A stretch of DNA of 32,000 nt from Prochlorococcus sp. MIT 0801 (GTDB taxonomy: Bacteria; Cyanobacteriota; Cyanobacteriia; PCC-6307; Cyanobiaceae): NCBI RefSeq assembly GCF_000757865.1, contig NZ_CP007754.1, forward strand, positions 1,080,001 through 1,112,000. The letters run 5' to 3'. Below the pieces are notes generated by a model. That model saw only the letters and a list, made by a program, of their open reading frames with translations. It made no database searches and was not told the DNA's origin. Shown here in pieces: positions 17,606-25,624 of the stretch; position 1 is the stretch's first letter, and every line of letters begins with the position of its first letter. The position numbers and the translations under genes are program-made.

Positions 17606-17896
17606 TTTTATTATTTAGGTAAGGTCCTATTAAATTATATATTTCAAAAGGCTTAAATTTTGTAAAAATAAATATTGTTATTCTTTTAGAGACAATTGAT
17701 TAAATAAAAAAAATGTTTGAACTTCCTATGAGTATTGAAAACGTATGTGTAGAGATATCTAAACTAGATTACTAAGTTGAACGAATGTGGAAGAAGTTCA
17801 GTCTGGTTATTTTTATAGACCATTCTGAATGACTTAAGTGAGGATTGTTTTTCTAATAATTTCATCTCTCTTTTCTAAAAAAAGCATTTATCAATT

Positions 17897-18100
17897 TCAG
17901 CTTGACTCATTATTATTATCCTTCCTCGTTTTTCTTGCAAAGGCATAGTTTTCAAGCGTTGTCTTTATTAAACCTTGATAGACTCCACCTGCAGAAGCAA
18001 AACCAAACATCGCAATAAAACCTCAACCCGAAACAATTGTCACAACCCATGTACCAGCGATCATATTGAGAGGTAAAGCAAATACAGCACAAGGGATTAG
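17897..18100 (-). pseudogene. decayed paralog of the 3128..3316 small membrane protein
   Basis: PLNMIAGTWVVTIVSG*GFIAMFGFASAGGVYQGLIKTTLENYAFARK aligns with PLNMGTGTWIVTIVAGLSFVVMFGIASAFGDFKGLINTTLENDSIAREN. One in-frame tga, and the original start is lost. Confidence 0.7.
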
Positions 18101-18182
18101 AAATTTATCTATATAAAAAGTCTTGACATTGATTTCTCCAATTTCATTTCAAATAGTTTGAAGTTTGGGTTCCTCTTGAGCA

Positions 18183-19892
18183 TTAAAAGAACGGGTTCTG
18201 TGCCTTATAAATTTCATAACCTTGATTCTCACCATCTGGTGATATTCCACTACTATCAGATCTAAAAGTAATGTGCTTCCCATCACTAGTTATCACTGGC
18301 TCCCTTAGATGACTGTCGAACTGATTAGCTTTGTCATCTAGTATCCTTTTTGTTTGACCAGTGGAAGTATTGTAGACATAAATATCAGCTATTCCATTTG
18401 TATCGTTATCATCAATATTTGTAGCCGATGATTGAAAAACTACGTAGTTACCATCTCTTGAAAAAGATGGCTGTTGTGACCATCCATCACCCTCATTTCC
18501 AGATGAACTCCCACTAATAGCATTTAACTCTCCAGAGTTCAGATCTTTGACCATGATTTGAGTATTCCCATTCCCCCCCCTGCTTGTGAACACTACTTTT
18601 GAACCATCTGAAGAGATAGAGCTTCCTCCACCTCCTCCAAATCCATACAATTGATCGCCTTGATTATTTGAGGATACCAGTGAAATTTCTGAAGTATTAA
18701 TATCTTGTACATAAAGGTTCGTTCCACTTGCTCCTGGGATTAAATCATCGCCTTCATAAACAAAACTTATTTTTGAGCCATCATCACTAATCCCAATTTG
18801 GCTAGTCGCATAGCTACCTCCTCGTGTCCTACCACTACCTGGAGAACCATCTGCTTTTGTAGGGACAACAATAAGCTCCCCTGTTTCCATATCCTTTCTA
18901 TAAATCAACCCTCTCCCTCCATCTTGTCTTTCTAAACCTGCAAATCTAGTATCAATACTTTCAAATACAACATATCTTCCGTCTGAAGACATTCTTGCCA
19001 TATCAATGCCCCAACTCGTCTGGATTTTTTCATTATTATCAAGAGTATCTACTCTAGTAATTTCACCTGTCACTAGATCTTTTCTATATATAGGTTGTGG
19101 TCCTTCACTATTACCAGCCTGACTATTTGGACCAGAAATACCGTCCAGGTCAACTGAGCCATATTCGTCAATACTTAGCAATGCATATCTACCATTGCAT
19201 GATAGATCCTGTATAAATGCTGAGTCTCCTGTTGATGGGGTACCATCTTTTGTCGAATCTATTAAAACTTTTTCACCAGATTTTATATCTACACGAAATA
19301 CGTGGCCTTCATCACCAGTAGACCAATCTCCTCGCTCAGTATAAAAATTACCATCACAGCTAATAATGCTATTTGAGCCATTCCCTGAGGATAGTTTAAC
19401 AAGTGCGTCCTCTATATCTCCACCACTAGAATTAGAACTAATACAAAGTAATCCTAAACACTCTGAGAAGTTAGTTCCTGTCTCCCCTTTAAAGCTATAA
19501 GTTAATTCATTCCCATTAGACGCCAATATAAAAGTAGGCAAAATATTCGTATCCGTAGGTATTGCACTAATTAATCCAGTTCCTGATGCTCCACTACAAC
19601 CATTAGATCCATCAGATTGGATTTGATAAAAATTTAAATTGCTTAAAGTAAATGTACCTACTTTGCCCGTGTCGGCTTTATTGATTTCACACTCAGTTTG
19701 AATTTGTTTCATGGCTGCCAACGCAGCAGTCGCTTGAGCTTTTCTCTGGAAGCAGGTAAACGTGGGGATTGCAATCGCAGATAGGACTGCCAGTACAGAA
19801 ACAACAACAACAAGTTCTATTAGAGAAAAACCTTCCTCACCTTGCTTACGCAAGAGCTTCCTTAACAGCTTAAGCTTTAAAATTTGCTCCAT
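18183..19892 (-). CDS. modular pilin: prepilin N-terminus + pilin module + large PD40/TolB-like beta-propeller domain
   Basis: Leader MEQILKLKLLRKLLRKQGEEG then FSLIELVVVVSVLAVL. The pilin module ends at ECLGLLC. The C-terminal ~410 aa hold repeated S.DG(R/S/N/K)(Y/K)(V/I).F.S blades (DGRYVVFES, DGSKISFVYEG, DGSKVVFTSRG, DGNYVVFQSSA, DGKHITFRSDS). Confidence 0.85.
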   Translation of the reverse strand: MEQILKLKLLRKLLRKQGEEGFSLIELVVVVSVLAVLSAIAIPTFTCFQRKAQATAALAAMKQIQTECEINKADTGKVGTFTLSNLNFYQIQSDGSNGCSGASGTGLISAIPTDTNILPTFILASNGNELTYSFKGETGTNFSECLGLLCISSNSSGGDIEDALVKLSSGNGSNSIISCDGNFYTERGDWSTGDEGHVFRVDIKSGEKVLIDSTKDGTPSTGDSAFIQDLSCNGRYALLSIDEYGSVDLDGISGPNSQAGNSEGPQPIYRKDLVTGEITRVDTLDNNEKIQTSWGIDMARMSSDGRYVVFESIDTRFAGLERQDGGRGLIYRKDMETGELIVVPTKADGSPGSGRTRGGSYATSQIGISDDGSKISFVYEGDDLIPGASGTNLYVQDINTSEISLVSSNNQGDQLYGFGGGGGSSISSDGSKVVFTSRGGNGNTQIMVKDLNSGELNAISGSSSGNEGDGWSQQPSFSRDGNYVVFQSSATNIDDNDTNGIADIYVYNTSTGQTKRILDDKANQFDSHLREPVITSDGKHITFRSDSSGISPDGENQGYEIYKAQNPFF

Positions 19893-19952
19893 CTAGTCAA
19901 TCTAGTTTGAATTTATAAAAGTGTCTTCAATTATTGAGAATCCCTGCTGTTA
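19893..19952 (-). promoter_or_regulatory. conserved pilin upstream region (putative promoter)
   Basis: 60 nt upstream of the ATG match the 60 nt upstream of 25625..26608 with 5 mismatches. Contains ttgaag and tataaa/taatct-like boxes. The exact -35/-10 assignment is uncertain. Confidence 0.5.
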
Positions 19953-20510
19953 GGACGAGCAATAAAAAGCGGCGCAAAACTAATCAAGTCGAACGCATTG
20001 AACTTGTCGGTTCTTACTCCTCACTATTTAAGCATTTTTCAAAATAATGGCAGTTTTATTTGCTTATTTTAGGTATTTGCATTTCCTTGTTGATCGCTAG
20101 AAAAAATTACTTCAATAAATTGGATTCACCTTGACCTTTACAGTTATAATCACTACCCAAAAACCCTTGGCCATCAAATTCATATCAATTCAAAAGAGTT
20201 TTACATACTCCATCTGGCATTGAAATTTGTGATTTCAACAGAGAAAGAATTAGACCTAAACAAGAAGACTTAATCGACAAAAACTCTAAGAAAAGATGAC
20301 TGTCATATCAGAGGAAATATTTCCACTCAAAAGATTAAGCTCCTGTGGTTATCTAACATTGCCTAACTTTTGTGTTTTAGCCTGATCCTGAAATACGACT
20401 GTAATCGACTAGTATGACCAGATATAATGTAGCTTTTATTTAACGTCTAGGGAAGCTAGTTATTCCATGGGATCTTAATTGATGTCATGGAGAAAGACAT
20501 ACTTCTAAAA

Positions 20511-21500
20511 TTAGTTGCAGATTGAAAGTTCTGCCAATCCCTGGTAACTACCCTCAATAGGAGTGTTAGTCATATCATCGAGATACATATTCTGGTTGGA
20601 AGCGTTTGGATTATTGAATATTGCTAATAATCGATCAGAATTAGAATCCGGACCTTCTTCAATGTTGTTGTTTAACACTAGATTAGAAAAAGAATTATCA
20701 AAATTGTCTCCATTGGACCATTCCCAGCTACCGTTTGGATTCCTTTTTGCACCTGTCCAAAAATGATTGATTGACCATTCATTTGGTGCCCAGGAATGAT
20801 TATCATCAGAGTACTGATATTTTGCTTTAGAAAACTCTTCTCCTATCCAAATGTTTTCCTCTAGGTCTGTAACGGAAACAAGATTGCCTCCTAAGGCAAT
20901 TGCATTTGCATTTGCATCGGTCCAATTAGGACCGTCAACTAAAACATAGGCCGAGCAACCTTTTTCGATATAAGTATCTTTTCTGACAAAAGAATTAGCT
21001 TCTATATTCGCCTGAAATGTACTACCTCCTGTGTAACCATTGGCTACATTGCAAACCAAACCCAATCCTTTGGAGAGATCAGTTCCTGTTTGACCTTTAA
21101 AGCTATACGTTAATTCACTACTATTAGTCGCCAATATGAAAGTAGGCAATATATTTGTATCGGTAGGTATTGCACTAATTAATCCTGTTCCTGATGCTCC
21201 ACCACAACTATTAGATCCATCAGATTGGATTTGATAAGAATTTAAATTGCTTGAAGTAAATGTACCTACGTTACCTGTATCAGATTTATTAATTTCACAT
21301 TCAGTATGAATTTGTTTTATGGCTGCCAATGCAGCAGTCGCTTGAGCTTTTCTCTGGAAGCAGCTAAACGTGGGAATTGCAATCGCAGACAGGACTGCAA
21401 GCACTGACACAACAACTACAAGTTCAATTAAAGAAAAACCTTCCTCACCTTGCTTACCCAAGAGCTGCCTGAAGAGTTTTAGCTTTAAAGTTTCCTCCAT
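20511..21500 (-). CDS. modular pilin: prepilin N-terminus + pilin module + C-type-lectin-like domain (variant A)
   Basis: Leader MEETLKLKLFRQLLGKQGEEG then FSLIELVVVV. The C-terminus has a CTLD pattern: CSAYVLVDGPNWTDANANAIALGGNLVSVTDLEEN..WTGAKRNPNGSWEWSNGDNF ... LSICN. Confidence 0.8.
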   Translation of the reverse strand: MEETLKLKLFRQLLGKQGEEGFSLIELVVVVSVLAVLSAIAIPTFSCFQRKAQATAALAAIKQIHTECEINKSDTGNVGTFTSSNLNSYQIQSDGSNSCGGASGTGLISAIPTDTNILPTFILATNSSELTYSFKGQTGTDLSKGLGLVCNVANGYTGGSTFQANIEANSFVRKDTYIEKGCSAYVLVDGPNWTDANANAIALGGNLVSVTDLEENIWIGEEFSKAKYQYSDDNHSWAPNEWSINHFWTGAKRNPNGSWEWSNGDNFDNSFSNLVLNNNIEEGPDSNSDRLLAIFNNPNASNQNMYLDDMTNTPIEGSYQGLAELSICN

Positions 21501-21521
21501 ATAGTCAATCTAGATCGAATA

Positions 21522-21679
21522 ATGCTTTTTGTCTGGGCATTAAAAACTAAACGGACAAGGATCAATCGATTTCGTTCTTATGGGTGGATCTGGAAAAGAT
21601 TGCTGATATTTACGGCGTGAGTCCTACAACAGTTAGGAGGTGGTCTATTTATCAGCGTTTGATTTATTCCAAGTCATAA
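21522..21679 (+). pseudogene. frameshifted copy of the small HTH gene
   Basis: MLFVWALKTKRTRINRFRSYGWIWK, then a 1-nt frame break in an A-run. The helix-turn-helix part (IADIYGVSPTTVRRWS) continues in another frame. The intact paralog is at 25421..25555(-). Confidence 0.75.
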
Positions 21680-21816
21680 GACTTGCGACCTTTATCAGTA
21701 ATTCTTTATCTTCCACCTTTTAGGCCAGGAAATTAGAACATATTCAAAGGGATTAGAATTTTCAAGCGCCCCCTACAGAGCCCCCTGAGTAATACCTGCG
21801 ACCTAGTGCTCCTGAA

Positions 21817-23068
21817 TTGACTAAAACAGTCGATCAACCAAGTTGGGTAAAAGAATTTCGAAAAGCAGTTAAAGCTTCTATCCCAAAAGGTTGGTTAGTC
21901 ATGCAAGGTAATAAAGAATCAACAAGGGATCAAATTCGTAAGGATGCTAAAAAAATTGTAGATTTAACAATTCCATACGCATGGAAAGAATCAGATTGGT
22001 CTAGTGCACTTTTAAGAATTAGATCAGCAGCAAAAGCTTATGAAGAATCAAATCAAAGATTAGATATAAAAACTTGCTTCAATATTGCTCACACAGTTTC
22101 AAGTGAGACAGAAATTAACTTGGAAAAAACAATCGAGACTTATAGGGAATTTAAAAAGATCGTGTAAAAGATTCGACTAGGCGTAGCAAATATCACCCTG
22201 TCTTTAAGAACCTAATCAAGGCCACTAGAAATACTTCCAAAGCACCTTTAAATGGGCCAGTACTTTGCAAGCTTGCACTTAAACAATGGCAACAAGGAAC
22301 ACCAATAAGAAGACACATGCACCTAGCCCTTTTTGGGTTTCTTCGGTTTTGTGTTCAGGAACAGCAGTTAGAGTCCACATAGTTGCCCCCAGCCGTAACA
22401 GATAAAGATGTAGTCACTACTAAAAAAAGAATTGGTTATCCCTTAACTGATTAACAAATTCTTCGATTATTAGATTCATTCCCCTTAGATGAAATTGGAA
22501 ATAAATGGAGATTTGCTTTTCGATATATGGCTGTTTATGGCCTAAGACCTTAGGACCTCCGAACTATCCACACCCGCAATTTTGGTCAAGAGATTTGGAC
22601 TAATTACGAAAACTCGAGAGGTGGTAAGAAAGGAGAAAAACCAGGGGCTAGACGTTTGTTTATATCCGTTGCTGGTCCATGACATTGATGGTCCAATTAA
22701 CTGGCATCTAAAAGAACAATTAGCGATATGTGAAAAGGAAGGTTTTAAACGACTTTCCCCCGATTTGTAAAGAGGGTAATGCTGGCGATACTTTTAGAAC
22801 TTATTTAAGTCGCAGAAAAGTTTGGGAGGCTATCAGAACAGAAGTTTCCAGAGAAAGTCAAGAATTAACTGCTTATTCATTCCGGCATAGATATCCCTAC
22901 TGCGGTCACAATCGACCTAAAGCGGATGGTAGTTATAAAGCTCCAAAACTAATTGCTGATGCAATGGCTCATTCATTAGATACTCATCTTTTGATCTATT
23001 CCAGATTCCAAACGAAAGATCAAGCTAGTGCTTTTGACGAAACATCACTCCTAGTTAAAGGTGCTTAA
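21817..23068 (+). pseudogene. tyrosine recombinase / phage-type integrase, multiply disrupted
   Basis: The frame is broken into at least 4 pieces by stops and frameshifts. Box I is AVYGLRP*DL (a stop where Glu is expected). Box II is AYSFRHRY. The C-terminus is AHSLDTHLLIYSRF with the catalytic Tyr. Confidence 0.8.
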
Positions 23069-23189
23069 CAAGAAAACCAGGTATTTAAAGTTAGGTTCAT
23101 TATTTCAATTTTTGAAAGATCAAAATAAATACTGATTGTCACAAATCAATTTTTTGTAAAAATAGATACAAACATTAAGGAAAAATCCA

Positions 23190-23489
23190 TTGAACCTAAA
23201 AAACAAATTCACTTCAAAGTCATCGCAGGTTCCAATAGGAACCCAAGAGGCAAGAATAAGAAATGACCGCCAAGCAGTTTTTCAGGTTGTAAGAGATTTA
23301 GTACAGGCTCAATTTGCCCGAGGTGATGAAGAATTAACTAAGAGACTTTGGCAGGATGTTGCAGATAGAAAGATTGACCTGGACCGTGTGATAAATCTTA
23401 TGTATACCTGTTCTTTTCATGAAGATGATGAAGAAATGACCAAAGTTGACGAGATTTATCAAAAGACAGGCTTGGTTGGTATGAATTAA
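23190..23489 (+). CDS. hypothetical protein
   Basis: 99-aa ORF with a TTG track start. Hydrophilic, with no recognisable motif. Confidence 0.35.
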   Translation: MNLKNKFTSKSSQVPIGTQEARIRNDRQAVFQVVRDLVQAQFARGDEELTKRLWQDVADRKIDLDRVINLMYTCSFHEDDEEMTKVDEIYQKTGLVGMN

Positions 23490-23595
23490 TTACTATCCCC
23501 TACGATCACACAATATAAATAAGACAAACTCTCGGACATCGACAATATTTTGGAGTCATGTCATGTATATTTCATATTTTCTCTTTGTTAGGCGA

Positions 23596-23745
23596 TTATT
23601 TACTATCTTTGTCTCGCCAATCTCGCTTCAATGCATAGTCTTTGCTGTTATCTAGGTAAACCACCAGAAAACCAAATAAAAGTCCAATAAAAGCAACTAA
23701 AATCACGAGTTGATTAATTGGAGAAAGATTTTGTAAGAAATTCAT
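23596..23745 (-). CDS. possible 49-aa single-TM peptide
   Basis: MNFLQNLSPINQLVILVAFIGLLFGFLVVYLDNSKDYALKRDWRDKDSK. ATG 23745, TAA 23596-23598. Confidence 0.35.
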   Translation of the reverse strand: MNFLQNLSPINQLVILVAFIGLLFGFLVVYLDNSKDYALKRDWRDKDSK

Positions 23746-23814
23746 TTAAAATATCTAATTATTAATCTATAGTTAGCTTTCATATTTTTCTATAACTCAC
23801 TTTATAAATCTTGT

Positions 23815-24063
23815 TTAAACCTTTCGAGTCTTTTGATTGGATGAATTTCTATTTGAAGGTTGAAATCTAAGCTGATCTCTAAAATCTTCATCAGCCCAAT
23901 AGTAATCATCGTAAAATGAAAAGGCTGACATAGCGACACCAGCTGTAAGGAGCGCCCCCAAGATCAAAATAATATAGAGAAGGGAAGAAGATGGAACCCA
24001 ATTACCAGTTCCAGAAAAAACCGCAAAAAGCATCGTCGGGACAACAATTAAATTTCTATACAA
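23815..24063 (-). CDS. small membrane protein, hypothetical
   Basis: 82 aa with two hydrophobic helices. TTG track start, with an internal ATG (MLFAVF...) about 10 codons in. Confidence 0.4.
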   Translation of the reverse strand: MYRNLIVVPTMLFAVFSGTGNWVPSSSLLYIILILGALLTAGVAMSAFSFYDDYYWADEDFRDQLRFQPSNRNSSNQKTRKV

Positions 24064-24152
24064 CTAGATTGGCCAAGGAAAATATTTTTACTAGCTGAAA
24101 GAAATACCCAATTTGTATAAATTCTGATGATTGGTCAAAAAGGATACTTCCA

Positions 24153-24440
24153 TTGCTTGATGGATTTGGACAAAATGAACTTTTGGATGAACCTATATTT
24201 TTAAAAGTTAGACCTGGGGACGCTGTACTCTATGAAAAAGATCAGATAGGAAAAATTCTTACTTTTATTGGTGGATCAAGATATCCAGACGCACAGACTC
24301 TCTCCCAAAGCGCAAATGTAGATTCTGGAGAAAATTGCTGGATTCATGGAGAGGAAGTTATCGAGATAGTTAGTGAATATCGAACAACAATCAAAAAGCT
24401 CTCTTCCTTTTACGAGCAAATACAGCAACAGCAGCAATAA
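24153..24440 (+). CDS. hypothetical protein (intact copy; pseudogene paralog at 11802..12056)
   Basis: 95-aa ORF ending in a poly-Gln tail. TTG track start. Its conservation in a second, decayed copy argues that it is a real gene. Confidence 0.55.
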   Translation: MLDGFGQNELLDEPIFLKVRPGDAVLYEKDQIGKILTFIGGSRYPDAQTLSQSANVDSGENCWIHGEEVIEIVSEYRTTIKKLSSFYEQIQQQQQ

Positions 24441-24444
24441 CCAA

Positions 24445-24610
24445 CAAGAAACCCCTCTAGAAATTCCAATAACTAAAGGGGTTATTAAATTGACTCGTAC
24501 TATATGAAGTCAATTTATGTCTTGATGAGGTTTGGCCTCAATAAAATTTATAGGTGAAATCAGCATAGAAAACAAGCAAAGCTTTGAAACCCCTACCTCA
24601 TATGACTGAA
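24445..24610. repeat. copy D of the structured non-coding element (proximal part), right arm of the inner inverted repeat together with 24196..24440
   Basis: Inverted match to 11640..11800. Contains stem-loops aacccct/aggggtt (24450-24483) and attgact/agtcaat. Confidence 0.8.
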
Positions 24611-25420
24611 CCTGAAGTCCATCCAAAGAAATATTTTGACCAAATAGAGGTGTTTAGCTCCATGGGAAAGAGCTCATGTATCCATGGTCCAAAGTCACCA
24701 AAGAGATTCTTTATAAATGAACCATAATGCCTTTATGAAACCCCTTTGACAGAATTGATGGGGTTGTAAGGGAAGAGGGCCTAAAAATGTTTGATAGTTT
24801 GGTTTAGCAGAGTTGGCATGAAGATCGCAACATTCCAAAACCAGCTAATAAGTGGTTTGAAGCAAGAGTGAAAGAGTTTAAATCTGGAACAGATATTGAT
24901 CTTGTTTGTAATTGTCGAAGATTTAGAGGTCAAGATGATGCTGTTCTCCTTGGAATGGATCCAAAACAAGTTAGAAAAGATATGGAAAGAAGAGATGCTT
25001 AATACAAAGAAATGAGCCTAGAGGTTGGTAGAGATATAAGACGACCAAAGGAACAGAAGAAAAAACAAAAAATTACCGCCGAGCAAAGAAAACTTTTGAA
25101 GAGCTAGTCCACTCAAAGGGCGGTAAAACTTTAAAAGATCTATTAAAAGAACAGGGCGATATATAAGCCTCACTCAGTCAAAAACGAAATCGAATCTCTG
25201 CCTATAAAGGTTTCTAAATAAGTTATCTAATAGATGATTTTCAACTGCTTTTTTCTTGTTGTTGTTAATCCTGCAAAGGTCGCAGTTTTCCTTTTGAGGA
25301 ATAGTGAAGGGAGTGAATAGTCTCATAAGACCTCCTCTTGATACATCTTTGGTCTAATCCTTCTTTTGGCCTGTAGGGAGTAGGAAAACACTACAAAAAT
25401 GTGAATAAATAGTTAACTCT

Positions 25421-25555
25421 TTAAGCCATAGACCACCGCCTAACAGTGCTAGGAGAAACCCCGTAAACAAGTGAGATTTTCTTCCAGTTCCAACCGTATT
25501 TTCTATACCTGTTAATTCTTGTTTTCTTGGTATCTAACGCCCAGATAAAAAGCAT
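25421..25555 (-). CDS. small HTH DNA-binding protein (44 aa), only intact copy of four
   Basis: MLFIWALDTKKTRINRYRKYGWNWKKISLVYGVSPSTVRRWSMA. Divergent from the pilin gene at 25625. Decayed copies at 21522..21679, 27922..27947 and 28282..28402. Confidence 0.6.
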   Translation of the reverse strand: MLFIWALDTKKTRINRYRKYGWNWKKISLVYGVSPSTVRRWSMA

Positions 25556-25564
25556 TAGCGAAAT

Positions 25565-25624
25565 TAACAGCAGGGCTTCTCAATATTTGAAGACACCTTT
25601 ATAAATTTAATCTAGATTGACTAG
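25565..25624 (+). promoter_or_regulatory. conserved pilin upstream region (putative divergent promoter shared with the HTH gene)
   Basis: taacagcagggcttctcaatatttgaagacacctttataaatttaatctagattgactag. 55/60 identical to the region upstream of 18183..19892. Mostly deleted upstream of 20511..21500. Confidence 0.5.

Larger units (their letters stand above)
21522..23068 (+). mobile_element. decayed integration module (HTH gene + tyrosine recombinase), remnant of an integrative island element
   Basis: Both genes are inactivated (see the individual entries). The context of repeats and pseudogenes is typical of island scars. Confidence 0.5.

Noticed and set aside
20016-20024. actcctcac resembles the conserved Yfr1 sRNA motif ACUCCUCACAC.
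   Set aside because: Only 9 of 11 positions match. The flanks lack the two stem-loops and the terminator expected for Yfr1.
21671-21735. Possible recombinase core sites: tgcgaccttt at 21684 and, inverted, at 25277, plus a tcataagac...ttttaggcc segment resembling 25323..25375.
   Set aside because: The matches are short and about 65-70% identical in AT-rich DNA. Their orientation relative to the HTH copies is inconsistent. This is not enough to call att or inversion sites without statistics or comparative data.
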